Under the pieces are notes generated by a model that saw only the letters and a list, made by a program, of their open reading frames with translations, searched no databases and had not been told where the DNA came from. Shown one piece after another: positions 44,710 through 55,191 of a stretch of DNA of 64,000 nt. The first letter of the stretch is position 1, and each line of letters opens with the position of its first letter. The position numbers and the translations under genes were made by a program. The DNA is from an uncultured Nitrososphaerota archaeon (GTDB lineage: Archaea; Thermoproteota; Nitrososphaeria; Nitrososphaerales; Nitrosopumilaceae), in the NCBI GenBank assembly GCA_963701075.1, contig OY969559.1, positions 1,664,001 through 1,728,000 of the forward strand, read 5' to 3'.

Positions 44710-45081
44710 ATGACAGATTTTACCAAAATGACTCGATATCCGGTCTGTAAAAGTGGGGAATTGGCTGACAATACCATGCAAAAAGCCACCATCAATACCA
44801 TCGATGTTCTAATAGGAAGAAAAAATGGAAAATTATTTGCATGTAACAACTCTTGTCCTCACAAGGCGGCCTCTCTTTCAAAGGGACATTTTAGCGGAGA
44901 CAACATAGTGTGTTACATGCATGGATACGAATACAATCTTTTTACCGGAAAGCTGGAAAAAATGAGTTCGTGGAAAAAGGAAGATACATGGGTTGAGCAG
45001 GATCCAGAATGGAGAAAATCAGGGGATTTAGTTTTGTATTCCATTTCAGAAGAAGACGGGATGGTTTATGTCACTCTATAG
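44710..45081 (+). CDS. Rieske [2Fe-2S] protein
   Basis: CPH...CYMH. Confidence 0.85.
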   Translation: MTDFTKMTRYPVCKSGELADNTMQKATINTIDVLIGRKNGKLFACNNSCPHKAASLSKGHFSGDNIVCYMHGYEYNLFTGKLEKMSSWKKEDTWVEQDPEWRKSGDLVLYSISEEDGMVYVTL

Positions 45082-45148
45082 GCTGTGCAGAATTCTGTGA
45101 AAGGTCTGAATCCTCGATTGAATCCTATAAGACTTGTAAATCAAAATT

Positions 45149-45607
45149 TTACGCCAACGGGAATCTGAAATCTTCCTTAATCTTCTCTAAAACAATGTGA
45201 GTGTTTGTCCTGTAGACTGAAGGATTGTCCAATAATTCTTTTGTAAATTTGCCCAGTTCACTTGTATTTTTGAAGCTTCCAACTACTATACAATCCGAGG
45301 TTCCAGTAGTGTCGTATACCTCATATATATTGGAAATTTGTGCCATTTTTTTTTCAAGTTCTGCCAGATTCTTGGTTACTGTTATCTCGATTATGGCAGT
45401 TATATCATAGCCCAATTTCTTGTGGTCAACAACTAGGGAGTAGTTCTTTATTATTCCCCGAGATTCCATGTCTTTTACTCGTTTGAGCACGGTGTTCGGT
45501 GAAATTCCAAGAATGCCGGCTAGCTGATTGTATGAACGTCTTGAATTCTTTGAGAGTTCGCCAAGTATTTGCTCATCGATCTTATCAAATGTCATACTAA
45601 TATGCAT
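45149..45607 (-). CDS. Lrp/AsnC-family regulator
   Basis: DKIDEQIL..NSRRSY..TVLKRV, YDTTG. Confidence 0.9.
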   Translation of the reverse strand: MHISMTFDKIDEQILGELSKNSRRSYNQLAGILGISPNTVLKRVKDMESRGIIKNYSLVVDHKKLGYDITAIIEITVTKNLAELEKKMAQISNIYEVYDTTGTSDCIVVGSFKNTSELGKFTKELLDNPSVYRTNTHIVLEKIKEDFRFPLA

Positions 45608-45694
45608 GATTATGCAATAATTAAGTATTATTAGGGATATTTATATATCAAATTATCAGTTATCCGTATATTCACCCTCAACGTATTGTAATAC

Positions 45695-45907
45695 ATGCAA
45701 GTTCATTCAAGAAGACTTGACAGAGAGAACCGCGGGGGATCCCGTAAACTGTACAGATGGATAGGAATTGCCATAATCGTGGTTGCAATACTTGTGGCCA
45801 TAGGCATAGTAAGTATCCACTACGCAGAAGGTAATTCCCTTGTCAATCAGATATGCTACCACAAGGGCGCGCATTTCTGTTTCTTTCCAAAAGTGACGAT
45901 GCCATAA
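45695..45907 (+). CDS. small single-TM protein
   Basis: TM helix and a C-terminal Cys pair. Confidence 0.5.
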   Translation: MQVHSRRLDRENRGGSRKLYRWIGIAIIVVAILVAIGIVSIHYAEGNSLVNQICYHKGAHFCFFPKVTMP

Positions 45908-45924
45908 GAGGATCGAAATAGAAG

Positions 45925-46086
45925 ATGCAGTCTCCTGTTGTCAGACAGAACTATGCCTGGCTTCCAGTATTGCGCAAAGGAACTTGTTGGTTTTGCCAGA
46001 CATCATGCGATATGATCAGATACACTCATGAAGAATGCATATTGAATTATTTCAGAAAGACAAGATACGATAGATACATCTCGTGA
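45925..46086 (+). CDS. CxxC/HxxC microprotein (53 aa, not in ORF track)
   Basis: GTCWFCQ...THEECI. Confidence 0.4.
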   Translation: MQSPVVRQNYAWLPVLRKGTCWFCQTSCDMIRYTHEECILNYFRKTRYDRYIS

Positions 46087-46095
46087 TATTTTATC

Positions 46096-47646
46096 TCAGC
46101 ATCTAAAATTTTCTAATTGGTTTTGTAATGAGTTTAATTGATTATACATTTGCGTATCTTGTTGGTATTCTTGGTCAGAGGTGGCAACACTTGGTCTGCC
46201 ATCATATTGAGTCTTTAATGTATTATATTGTTGTTGCAATTGATTGTATTGAGTAAGCTGAGTCGAGGTGCACGCATAGTATACCTTGTTAGACTCGAAT
46301 CCTTCTGGAACCATTGGGGAAGATTTTGTTATCGAATATGATGTTACTGGAAATTGCCCCCCACTATCCTCCAAAAACACTACAACAGTGTAAACTCCCG
46401 GCTGTGTAACTAATGGAGAAAGGTCAAAGGAAACAGATACGTAATTGCCCTGTTGTGTCCATTTGTCAGCAACCTCAAAAGTTTCGTTACTTGGAGTATA
46501 ATATTCACCAGCTTGTGGCGGCGGCTGTATGATTGCAAGTTGATTTCCCATTTCGTAAGACCTGTCATTTTTATGCTCTTGATAAGTTTCAGGTGTTGGC
46601 AGGGGATCATAGTATATTCCAATGTTTTGAAAAGAACCAGATGTTAGATTCCCTGAAAAACTGACAGTCCCGTTGTTTTCTATAATTGGCAAAGTGTAGT
46701 CTATGTAATTATTTTCAAAGTTTTGTACCATGTAAAATGAATATTTAGCATAAGCAATTCCGATGCTTACATCTGTATGATGTTTATCCAATATGTTATC
46801 TCTATGATCCCAGTTAGAAGCTTGATCATTGTACATCATGGCATATTCTGATGAGTTTAGGGATTGTTTTGGATCGATTTGCGTGCAAATGACATTTGGA
46901 CTGCTGCATTGTGGTATGTTTTGATAGCCGTCAAAAGCTGCATTTTGTGCCACATACCCAAGCCCTCCAAATCTGGTATAAACCATATATGGTTTTTCAC
47001 CATCGCTTAGATAATGAGACAAGGTTCCCATTTTCAGCATGTCATCAGCATGAACTTGAGCGGCTTGATTGTTGCTAAGCGATACTGGATTCAGGCCATA
47101 GTTTGCTCGATCATTATTAATCAGTTTTAGAGCATAGGCGTACAATTGTTCCAATTGTGGAGAGATTTTCCCAACGGCGTTTGTTGGCGTAGAGACTGGC
47201 TCATTATTACCTAGCAAAGGCAAGGAGGAGTTTTGCAATGTACTACCTTGCGGTGTTATGTTTTGAGATGGTAAGACAGCATTATTTTCCGATATGCCGA
47301 TGGATATTATGCCATTATCTATCAGCCACTGAATGTCATGCAACAATTCATCGTTGCTAATATTTCCCTCGGTCCACCATCCGGCTATTTGTTTGAACCA
47401 AAATGGTATGTGCGTCGTTTGCGAATAACTAGTCTGTGGTATGTGGATCAATCCATGAATGCTAAGATACTGAATGTCTTTTGCAAAGTCGGTATCTTGC
47501 AAGGATCCTTGTATCCAATACATCACGTCATTTTTTATCGCAATTGGAAGCGATGTGTCACCAGAGGCAAAATTTTCGCCCCATGATGACGCAATAATAA
47601 TGGAAACTAGAAAGAGAATGACTATGGATTTGCTGTTTTTCAACAT
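46096..47646 (-). CDS. secreted CAP/SCP-domain protein with thaumarchaeal surface repeats
   Basis: IPFWFKQIAGWW; INNDRANYGL, AQVHADDM, HRDNIL, VSIGIA. Confidence 0.8.
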   Translation of the reverse strand: MLKNSKSIVILFLVSIIIASSWGENFASGDTSLPIAIKNDVMYWIQGSLQDTDFAKDIQYLSIHGLIHIPQTSYSQTTHIPFWFKQIAGWWTEGNISNDELLHDIQWLIDNGIISIGISENNAVLPSQNITPQGSTLQNSSLPLLGNNEPVSTPTNAVGKISPQLEQLYAYALKLINNDRANYGLNPVSLSNNQAAQVHADDMLKMGTLSHYLSDGEKPYMVYTRFGGLGYVAQNAAFDGYQNIPQCSSPNVICTQIDPKQSLNSSEYAMMYNDQASNWDHRDNILDKHHTDVSIGIAYAKYSFYMVQNFENNYIDYTLPIIENNGTVSFSGNLTSGSFQNIGIYYDPLPTPETYQEHKNDRSYEMGNQLAIIQPPPQAGEYYTPSNETFEVADKWTQQGNYVSVSFDLSPLVTQPGVYTVVVFLEDSGGQFPVTSYSITKSSPMVPEGFESNKVYYACTSTQLTQYNQLQQQYNTLKTQYDGRPSVATSDQEYQQDTQMYNQLNSLQNQLENFRC

Positions 47647-47840
47647 GGTGAACTACTAATGAGCACTTAGATAAGCTAAACTGCTCTTGCTTTAATGAAA
47701 GTTATCACAATGAAAAACTTGTTTTAATTATTGTTACACTAATGAATCATATTGAAAATGTTTAATGAGAATTAAACAGTAGGGCTCTAACTTTCCTTAT
47801 TATGGCCGATGTTTTTCAGATTGCATAAATTCGTAACTTG

Positions 47841-50291
47841 TTATTGGCGTGTCTTTATCTTGTTCTCTAGCAGCTTGTAGATTGGCCCCTTTGCAAAGTC
47901 AGTTACCAAAAACCATGCAAGTGCGTAACCCCAGACAAATAATGCGTTATACCACCCTATTGCAGGTACTAAAATTCCTTGTGCGGTAATTATTGTTGCA
48001 GTTGTTTGTGTTGCAATTATTGCCAAAAATAACTTGGATGCAGGCTTTACTGTCCAGAAATGACCGCGAGTTCTTGCAACAAAAAATAACAGATGACCTG
48101 CAACTGATAACTTCAAGTAAACTAACGATTGCAATGGCCCTGTTTTCAATTCGAAAACATTCATTCCTATGTAAAGTAGACCAAAGGAAGAGATAACTCC
48201 TATCAAGCCAAGCGCCGTTGCAATTCCTAAAACCTTTCTCATTTCCCATCTTTCAGGTCTATTTGATATTCGTACATTGTCATATGCAATGGTCATGATT
48301 GGAACATCGTTTAGGATAGCTAGTAAGACTATCATTAGTGGAGTTATCGGATAGAAATTGAGGATCAGTATTGAAGAAACCAAGAAGAAGAGAATCCTAA
48401 TTGTCTCGCTTATGCGATATATCGCATAATTTTTCATTCGCTGAAATATTTTGCGACTTTCCTTGATTGCATCTATGATAACCGAAAGCCCAGGTTGAGT
48501 CAGAACTATGTGTGCTGCAGATTTTGCAACATCGGTTGCACCAAAAACTGCAATTCCAACGTCTGCCTTCTTTAGTGCAGGTGCATCGTTTACCCCGTCT
48601 CCAGTCATGCCAACAATGTGTCCCTTTGCCTGAAGCATCTCTACTATCTTGTACTTGTGCTCTGGAAAGACCTGTGCAAAACCGTCAGCTTGTTCTACAA
48701 TGCTTTGGATCTCCGTATCTGTCTTGTCAATTAATTGAGAGGCAGTTTGTATGTCAGTACCAAGATTCAACTCTCTTGCTATCTCTTTTGCGATATCAAT
48801 ATGATCCCCTGTTATCATCTTGATATCGATGCCCATAGTTTTGGCTTTCTCGATGGTATCCTTGGAATCTTCTCTCGGGGGATCATGCAATGAGATAATT
48901 CCTACAAACTCCCAGATTCCTTGCAAGTTTGTCCTTGCCACTCCAAGAGAACGGAATCCTTTTGATGCAAGTCTTTTTACACTCTCATCTACCTTTGCGG
49001 ATATGCCATCTTTGTTTAGCACAAGTGCAAGTATGGCCTGAGGTGCACCCTTTGACACCAACAATTCACTTCCCGAGGGATCTTCGACCTTTGATTCAAC
49101 CCTTTTTATTACAGGATCAAACGGTTTGAAAGAAAGTAGTTTGTAAGACTCGGATCTATCCAAGACATTTGAGGCCTTGGCTTTTGTAATTATTGCGTTA
49201 TCTATATGATCTCTGTCTTCACCCCTTGAGGCCAGAGTGGCAAACATCAACAGATCAGAGTCTGTGAATCCATCAAATATCACAAGATCTGCTACACTTA
49301 GATCATTTTTTGTCAGCGTTCCAGTCTTATCTGCACATAAAACATCAACACCTGCCATCTCCTCTATGGCCACAAGTTTGCTAACAAGTGCCTGTTTTTT
49401 TGCAAGCAAGGTAGCACCCACCGCCATTGTAACAGACATAACCGCAGGAAGTGCCGCAGGAATGGCAGCAATCATCAACACCACCGCAAATTGGAGCGTT
49501 TCAAGAAGACTCTCGTGTCTGAATATTGCTACCAGAAAGACAAGCGCGATTAGTCCGATTGCAAGGGCAATAAGGTAATTCCCTATTTTTATCAGGGCTT
49601 TTTGGAAATGACTTTTGGTCTTTGCTTCCACAACAAGTTTTGCAGTCTTTCCAAAGAATGTTCTCATCCCTGTGGAAACCACAAGTGCATTCATCTCGCC
49701 TTTTTGCACAATAGAGCCAGAATAGGCAACATCTGCAACATATTTTTCCACAGGCAGTGATTCGCCAGTAAGAGCAGATTCATCAACCGAAAGGTATTCG
49801 CCGTCAAAAAGTTTAATGTCTGCTGGAATGATGTCGCCAAGACGGACTCTTATTACATCAACCGGAACAAGCTCTTGTGAGGCAAGTTCAGCCCATTTAC
49901 CATCTCGTAGTACCCTAGCTTTGATGGCCAGCTTTTGTTTTAGAAGATCAATCGCATTATCTGCCTTATGTTCCTGAAAAAAGCCTACTATGCAGTTCAA
50001 CAATAAAAGTGCAATAATTACCCAGAAATCCTCCCAATGGGAAATAAGGGCAGAGATGGCAGAGGCAATTTCTATCATCCACGGAATTGGACCCCAAAAA
50101 TAACCAAGAATCTTTCTTAGTGGGTTTATCTTTTTTTCTTCAATCTTGTTGTAACCGTATTTTTCTAATCGATTCTTTGCTTCCTGCGAGCTTAAACCCT
50201 TATTGTCGCTTGAAAGAGAAGAAAATAGGGCTTCCAGCGAAGTATTTCTTATCTCGTCAACCGTGGGAGTCTTGTTATCCAGATCTATCAT
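47841..50291 (-). CDS. plasma-membrane proton-efflux P-type ATPase (P3A)
   Basis: GPIPWMIE, TGES, DKTGT, PFDP, KGAP, DPPR, TGDGVND, ILND..IMTIAYD. Confidence 0.93.
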   Translation of the reverse strand: MIDLDNKTPTVDEIRNTSLEALFSSLSSDNKGLSSQEAKNRLEKYGYNKIEEKKINPLRKILGYFWGPIPWMIEIASAISALISHWEDFWVIIALLLLNCIVGFFQEHKADNAIDLLKQKLAIKARVLRDGKWAELASQELVPVDVIRVRLGDIIPADIKLFDGEYLSVDESALTGESLPVEKYVADVAYSGSIVQKGEMNALVVSTGMRTFFGKTAKLVVEAKTKSHFQKALIKIGNYLIALAIGLIALVFLVAIFRHESLLETLQFAVVLMIAAIPAALPAVMSVTMAVGATLLAKKQALVSKLVAIEEMAGVDVLCADKTGTLTKNDLSVADLVIFDGFTDSDLLMFATLASRGEDRDHIDNAIITKAKASNVLDRSESYKLLSFKPFDPVIKRVESKVEDPSGSELLVSKGAPQAILALVLNKDGISAKVDESVKRLASKGFRSLGVARTNLQGIWEFVGIISLHDPPREDSKDTIEKAKTMGIDIKMITGDHIDIAKEIARELNLGTDIQTASQLIDKTDTEIQSIVEQADGFAQVFPEHKYKIVEMLQAKGHIVGMTGDGVNDAPALKKADVGIAVFGATDVAKSAAHIVLTQPGLSVIIDAIKESRKIFQRMKNYAIYRISETIRILFFLVSSILILNFYPITPLMIVLLAILNDVPIMTIAYDNVRISNRPERWEMRKVLGIATALGLIGVISSFGLLYIGMNVFELKTGPLQSLVYLKLSVAGHLLFFVARTRGHFWTVKPASKLFLAIIATQTTATIITAQGILVPAIGWYNALFVWGYALAWFLVTDFAKGPIYKLLENKIKTRQ

Positions 50292-50377
50292 CTTGTAGAT
50301 CTGTTTATTGGTATTAAAAAGATGATTTTGGAAGAATTATCAAAGTTTGTGTCTATAAGATTAGGAACTGATTTCAA

Positions 50378-50497
50378 CTAGTTAGCAGCAGCAACCAGTG
50401 GCGCTTCTTCTACTGGTTCCTCATGTAGTTCTTTTCGTGCTCTTGCCAGTACCATCCTGAGATGCTCAATTTCTATCTCATCAATCATTTCGCACAT
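50378..50497 (-). CDS. 39-aa microprotein (not in ORF track)
   Basis: MCEMIDEIEIEHLRMVLARARKELHEE...; CTTAAG box about 25 nt upstream. Confidence 0.35.
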   Translation of the reverse strand: MCEMIDEIEIEHLRMVLARARKELHEEPVEEAPLVAAAN

Positions 50498-50539
50498 GGA
50501 TGCAAATACCAATACCTGATACTTAAGGTATATGAAAAT

Positions 50540-51202
50540 TCATGCAAGAATTCTAGATGTTTCCCCTTTTAGTGAAACAAGGTTTGTGCAGTATTCCTTC
50601 CACTGGTGTGTAAAGAGAATTTCCTTGTCTCCGTGGACATGACATCCAGTGAGAAATTTGTTTCCATCCTTTAATGAAAAGTCTACAACAAACTTTTCCT
50701 GCTCGTCGACTTTTCTAAAATACGTAGGTCGCAGTCCCATTGAATAAAGATCAATTACAAAGCTAAACGGGTTTGTTGGTTGCAGTTTGTCTTTTGCAGA
50801 TTCATATGCAATGTATCTTGCGGCATATTTTGCAGCGTCACGTGCTGCATCTCGTGCGGATTCACCTAAGACATACCCTCCACCATACCAACCATAGTTG
50901 TCGCGTGCACTGTAGCTTGCTTCTTTCCATGCATAATCCCATGCGGCGTCCCAGGTATTTGGCCTGCCAGATTTTACTGCTGCAATTCTTGCAAGGTCCC
51001 ACAAGGAATCGCTTGCATGTTGGATAGTATCACCGTCTCGCTGCCACGGTGCAAGCGCCTTGACATATTTATCTATGGCTTCGTTAACCTTTGGAATAAT
51101 TGAGTTTGCCTCATCGATAGTTCTTGCAGGAACAAAATACTTTATCGATTTTAGCTTGGATAGATGATCATTTATTGAAAGCGTTTCATTTGGTTGAGAC
51201 AA
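50540..51202 (-). CDS. hypothetical protein with AAWD/AARD helical repeats
   Basis: WDAAWDYAW, SARDAARDAA. Confidence 0.7.
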   Translation of the reverse strand: MSQPNETLSINDHLSKLKSIKYFVPARTIDEANSIIPKVNEAIDKYVKALAPWQRDGDTIQHASDSLWDLARIAAVKSGRPNTWDAAWDYAWKEASYSARDNYGWYGGGYVLGESARDAARDAAKYAARYIAYESAKDKLQPTNPFSFVIDLYSMGLRPTYFRKVDEQEKFVVDFSLKDGNKFLTGCHVHGDKEILFTHQWKEYCTNLVSLKGETSRILA

Positions 51203-51243
51203 TTCAATATCAGAACTTTTTGAGTTTTATATTAAGGCACCGT

Positions 51244-52005
51244 CTATTTGCAGACAGAATTCTGTCCTGGATACAATTCCCAATTTCCTCCGGCATTTTT
51301 CTTAAATTCTATCATTTGTTTACCAATGGCATCATGAGTGTATTTAGTAATTATCTTACCAGTCACTTCTGAATACGGCGCAAAATAATATTCGGAGCGT
51401 ATGAAAAGATATGTGTTGTTTGAGTTTTGAGTTTTGTTTAATGTAGGCAAAAGTTGTAATATGTGTAATTTTTCTTCAACAGGATCAACCAGTTCTGGAT
51501 TTGAATCATTTCCTAGAGTTCCCACTTCATCTCCAGTGGTTTGATTTTCGTTATCAGTTGGAAGAGTGTAATACCTAAAAAGAGTGGTTAACATGAATTT
51601 CAGTGTTACAGGATCACCATTTTTATTTAAAATAATTGTGGAATATGCAATATCATTATCATCTGCTTCATAATTACAGTAAGAAAGATCAGTCTGGAAT
51701 GGAGTCTCGTCACTATATTCTTTCATGATGGTTTGTTGTGATATGTTAGAAGACGTACTGTTTTGAACTTGTATTAATTGATCAGTTCTGTTGACCAAGG
51801 TATCCAAACCTGCGGTAGACTTTTGCATTTCTGTTAACAAGTTATCAGTTTTGTTAAGTAACATGGTCAAACTTGCTGTCGTCTTTTACGTATCAGTATC
51901 AATCTGATTAAAATGATATACTTCAACGATGGCAATCACGAATAAAAGAATTGCAACTATAGTGCCACCTATTGTAAATTTGTGCGCTAGCCCTTCTAGA
52001 TGCAT
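51244..52005 (-). pseudogene. membrane-anchored secreted protein with an in-frame stop at 51886-51888
   Basis: MHLEG..TM..DTDT*KTTASLTM continues in frame into ORF 51244..51870. Confidence 0.55.
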
Positions 52006-52104
52006 ATCAAGTTATGAGTATGGAACATGTATTAAATACCCTAAGAATTCAATAAACCATTTTTCATTACATTTGACAACAATTGATGCATGATGTATCA
52101 TCAA

Positions 52105-52275
52105 TCATTTTTTGGTACCGTCATTGTCATTCAAATCAGAATCCTTCGGTTTTTTCTTGTCCTTTGGCAACCATAGCCTTGCAACAGCGCCCATCATGAA
52201 TCCGCCAACAACAACTATCGCAATTCCACTGATTATCAGAACGATTGCTCTTACAACAGATTTGAAAGATGTCAT
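52105..52275 (-). CDS. small single-TM protein (56 aa, not in ORF track)
   Basis: MTSFKSVVRAIVLIISGIAIVVVGG..KDKKKPK. Confidence 0.5.
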   Translation of the reverse strand: MTSFKSVVRAIVLIISGIAIVVVGGFMMGAVARLWLPKDKKKPKDSDLNDNDGTKK

Positions 52276-52418
52276 GCATTAGATAGCTTGTCTCCTGTTA
52301 AATAGGGATTGGCAAAATTTACAAGGTATGCACCGTGTAACAGTTCTTTTCATCTGTTTTGATCTTTGACAGAACTGCAGTGTCACCCTTTAAATTGAGC
52401 AGATCTGAGGTTAGATGA

Positions 52419-53228
52419 ATGTCAGACGATACAATTAGACTAGTTCAGTCACTTATTGATTCTAAAAAAGGAGATGCAGGTAGATTACAACAAATTTTGG
52501 ATACATTACAGCAAGGCAAGTCTCTTGACATTTCTGATCAAAATTACTTGCAAGAAATTTCCGCAGAACCACCAAAACAGCCAGATGAAGGCCCTGCAAT
52601 GGTTTCCGGCATTCCCGAAGATGAAACTTCGGACAAGCAAGAGTCTTTTGATTCTCTAGAATCTGCTCCCAAAGAGGAAGAGACCAGCGAGGCCCTCGAT
52701 GATGATGCCGGAATACGAGATGCCAGAAATGCACCTTCAAGAAAAAAGATTGCAGTGGTGGCAGCGGTGATTGTTGCGATAGTTGTGGCATATGTAGGAC
52801 TTGATTCCTATGCAGTAAGTACGCTCCAGTTCCGCCCTGATGCAGAAAATCAATATCAAATGTCGCCCACGCAGATCCACATACAGGCAGATGTGTGCAA
52901 TCCTTCCTTCTTTCCCGCAAGTTTTAACAAGTATGAGATAACCGCATTTTACAATTCAAGTGTCATAGAAACGGCAGAAATGGGCGGAGCCACATTATCT
53001 TCCAAGACCATGTCTACTGTCGATGGCGTCTTTTCATTAAATGCAGATGCCATACTCAAACTAAAACAAGAGAATGCCACATTTGATCCAACATTGGCAA
53101 AGATTACCACTAGTGTTGATGCCCCAATATTTGGAATAATTCCATTTTCTGTGGTAAAGCAATATTCTGCGCAGCAATTCCATGATGTACTCAAAAATGG
53201 CCCTCCTGGTTCTTTTAGTTGCGACTAG
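52419..53228 (+). CDS. membrane protein: GDxxRL N-terminal domain, TM, LEA_2-like domain
   Basis: KGDAGRLQQIL; TM; VCNPSFFPASF. Confidence 0.7.
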   Translation: MSDDTIRLVQSLIDSKKGDAGRLQQILDTLQQGKSLDISDQNYLQEISAEPPKQPDEGPAMVSGIPEDETSDKQESFDSLESAPKEEETSEALDDDAGIRDARNAPSRKKIAVVAAVIVAIVVAYVGLDSYAVSTLQFRPDAENQYQMSPTQIHIQADVCNPSFFPASFNKYEITAFYNSSVIETAEMGGATLSSKTMSTVDGVFSLNADAILKLKQENATFDPTLAKITTSVDAPIFGIIPFSVVKQYSAQQFHDVLKNGPPGSFSCD

Positions 53229-53732
53229 TTAGATTTTTCCTCGTTCCTTGAGTCTTTGCAGCATTCTCTTCTCACCGTCATCAAATCTTTGCCTGTCTTC
53301 CTCGGTTTCAAGTAAAAGCGGCGGCACTTCAGCCGTCTTGCCATTAGGTCCCAGTGCAACAGTCGTAACATAGGCGGTATTTGTCAGGGTTCTAGTTCCA
53401 GTAATCAAGTCTTCTGCCTCTACCTTGATCTCTATTTCCATCGAGGAGCGATGAACATAGTTTAGCCTCGCATTGATAATTAGTGCATTTCCAACATAGA
53501 CAGGCTTGAGAAAATTTACCCGGTCTATGCTTGCTGTCACAGCATTGGTTCGCGAATGCCTCTGCGATACAAGTCCTGCAATCAGATCAATCTGTTTTAG
53601 TATCTCGCCACCAAAAACGTTCCCTGCAGGATTGGCATCAGATGGAAACATCCTGACAGTCATTTCTGCTTTTGACTCGTTTGGACTCTTTGGTGGAAGA
53701 ACCATATTGTTGTCAAAAATCAAAACATGCAT
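53229..53732 (-). CDS. hotdog-fold acyl-CoA thioesterase
   Basis: PSDANPAGNVFGG, VTASID, FLKPV. Confidence 0.9.
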   Translation of the reverse strand: MHVLIFDNNMVLPPKSPNESKAEMTVRMFPSDANPAGNVFGGEILKQIDLIAGLVSQRHSRTNAVTASIDRVNFLKPVYVGNALIINARLNYVHRSSMEIEIKVEAEDLITGTRTLTNTAYVTTVALGPNGKTAEVPPLLLETEEDRQRFDDGEKRMLQRLKERGKI

Positions 53733-53948
53733 TTATGAGTTGTTTTTCTTGTTGTTCTCGTTGTCTACTGATGAGCTAGTACCAGACTCGTCGTACGAGT
53801 ACAAAGAGTCATCTCTCACATAAGTTCCGTTGTCGGCAAACTTGCTTGAATTGTCTCCCCCCTTCTTTTTGTACCAGAACCTGAAAATCACTGTAAGAGG
53901 ACCTCCAACGAGTCCAATGAACAAAGGAATGGTCCAATCAATGAACAT
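53733..53948 (-). CDS. small membrane protein
   Basis: N-terminal TM plus polar tail. Confidence 0.5.
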   Translation of the reverse strand: MFIDWTIPLFIGLVGGPLTVIFRFWYKKKGGDNSSKFADNGTYVRDDSLYSYDESGTSSSVDNENNKKNNS

Positions 53949-54072
53949 GTGTCAACTCACCTCAAACTCTAATATCAATGTCGTGGCCCTGTGACATCTT
54001 AGTGTAGGATCATACTTAAACTGCAACAAAGCCTAAAAATGTCTTTATTGGACATAAGGCAATCATGACCTG

Positions 54073-54282
54073 ATGAAATATTTTTGGTGGAGGCTCTTAG
54101 ATTATGCAACTGGAGTCTTTGTCGGCGGAGGAGTTGTATTTCTTATTTCCAAGTTTGTTTGCCACAGGTGTCTTGGATCATATACCACTATTTTGTTTCT
54201 TGCAGTATGGATTGGTTTTATGCTTTTAGTGAATTTTGTATTTCAGAGAGCAAAGCCGCAAAGCATGTCAAAGGATAACTAA
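54073..54282 (+). CDS. small 2-TM protein with CxxC loop
   Basis: TM-CHRC-TM. Confidence 0.5.
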   Translation: MKYFWWRLLDYATGVFVGGGVVFLISKFVCHRCLGSYTTILFLAVWIGFMLLVNFVFQRAKPQSMSKDN

Positions 54283-54344
54283 CGTTTGCAGTGTAGTGCA
54301 CTATATTCCCAGTCTTTATCATTGGTAGACACCATACAAGAACC

Positions 54345-54701
54345 ATGCAAGCAAAATTAGTTACAAATGAATATGATCCATCCAAGGTAAGATATTCACT
54401 GGACAGACTCTTGATAAACAGGAGCAACGAGTTTCATGAGATTGCTCATGCAATTGGATATCCCATCACACAGCAGTGCTGGGAGGAATTCATACTAAGG
54501 TTCTGCCTTGAGTTTGATGACTGTTTTAAGATGTGGTCAGACAAGGAAGATTATGTCAATCACAATAAGGTCCACAAGTGCATGACAATGATGAGACAGA
54601 TTGCAGTGGGAAAGCAAAACATGACTGAGGTTACCAAGCTTCAAAACGCCGCATACAGAATTGCAGAAGACTTCAAAATACTGTACCACAGACTCAAGTG
54701 A
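54345..54701 (+). CDS. hypothetical protein
   Basis: 118-aa helical ORF. Confidence 0.7.
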   Translation: MQAKLVTNEYDPSKVRYSLDRLLINRSNEFHEIAHAIGYPITQQCWEEFILRFCLEFDDCFKMWSDKEDYVNHNKVHKCMTMMRQIAVGKQNMTEVTKLQNAAYRIAEDFKILYHRLK

Positions 54702-54744
54702 CTTGCCAGAAAACAAATATAGCTACTGATAATATTCCTAGTGA

Positions 54745-55155
54745 ATGAACATATTTGAAGAGTTTTGCAGGGAGGTAGTTGAACTGGATCCCAAAATAAG
54801 ATTTGCGGGAATTGCAGATGTGGATGGAAAGCTAGAGTCCACAGCAGATAGAAAAGGACTTGTGCCATTGCTAAGTGCGGAAGAAAGGGCCCAGTATGCA
54901 ATCACGGCTGCAACAAGACAGTATACCAGATTAAGGTGGGAATACAGGCTTGGGAAGATATCATATGCAAGTTCGCATTATACAAAATTGATTAGAGCTA
55001 CTATTCCCATTGCAGACGAGAACAGCAGACTAGCACATGTGTTATTGCTCTCATTTGATGCCGATGCGGACAATTTTCACCAGATAATCACAAAGAAGAT
55101 CATCCCTCTAGTCGCAAAAAACATGGGTAAATTTCTCAAGGCTACAGAAAAATAA
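54745..55155 (+). CDS. roadblock-like thaumarchaeal protein
   Basis: C..VVELDPKIRFAGIAD..GK..LG. Confidence 0.75.
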   Translation: MNIFEEFCREVVELDPKIRFAGIADVDGKLESTADRKGLVPLLSAEERAQYAITAATRQYTRLRWEYRLGKISYASSHYTKLIRATIPIADENSRLAHVLLLSFDADADNFHQIITKKIIPLVAKNMGKFLKATEK

Positions 55156-55191
55156 CAAAACCGATAATTACTAAATATTTTATAGTAAACT

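Noticed and set aside
50378-50497. ssrA-like C-terminal tag (LVAAAN) suggesting tmRNA
   Set aside because: Archaea lack tmRNA and no tRNA-like domain is present; the resemblance is coincidental.
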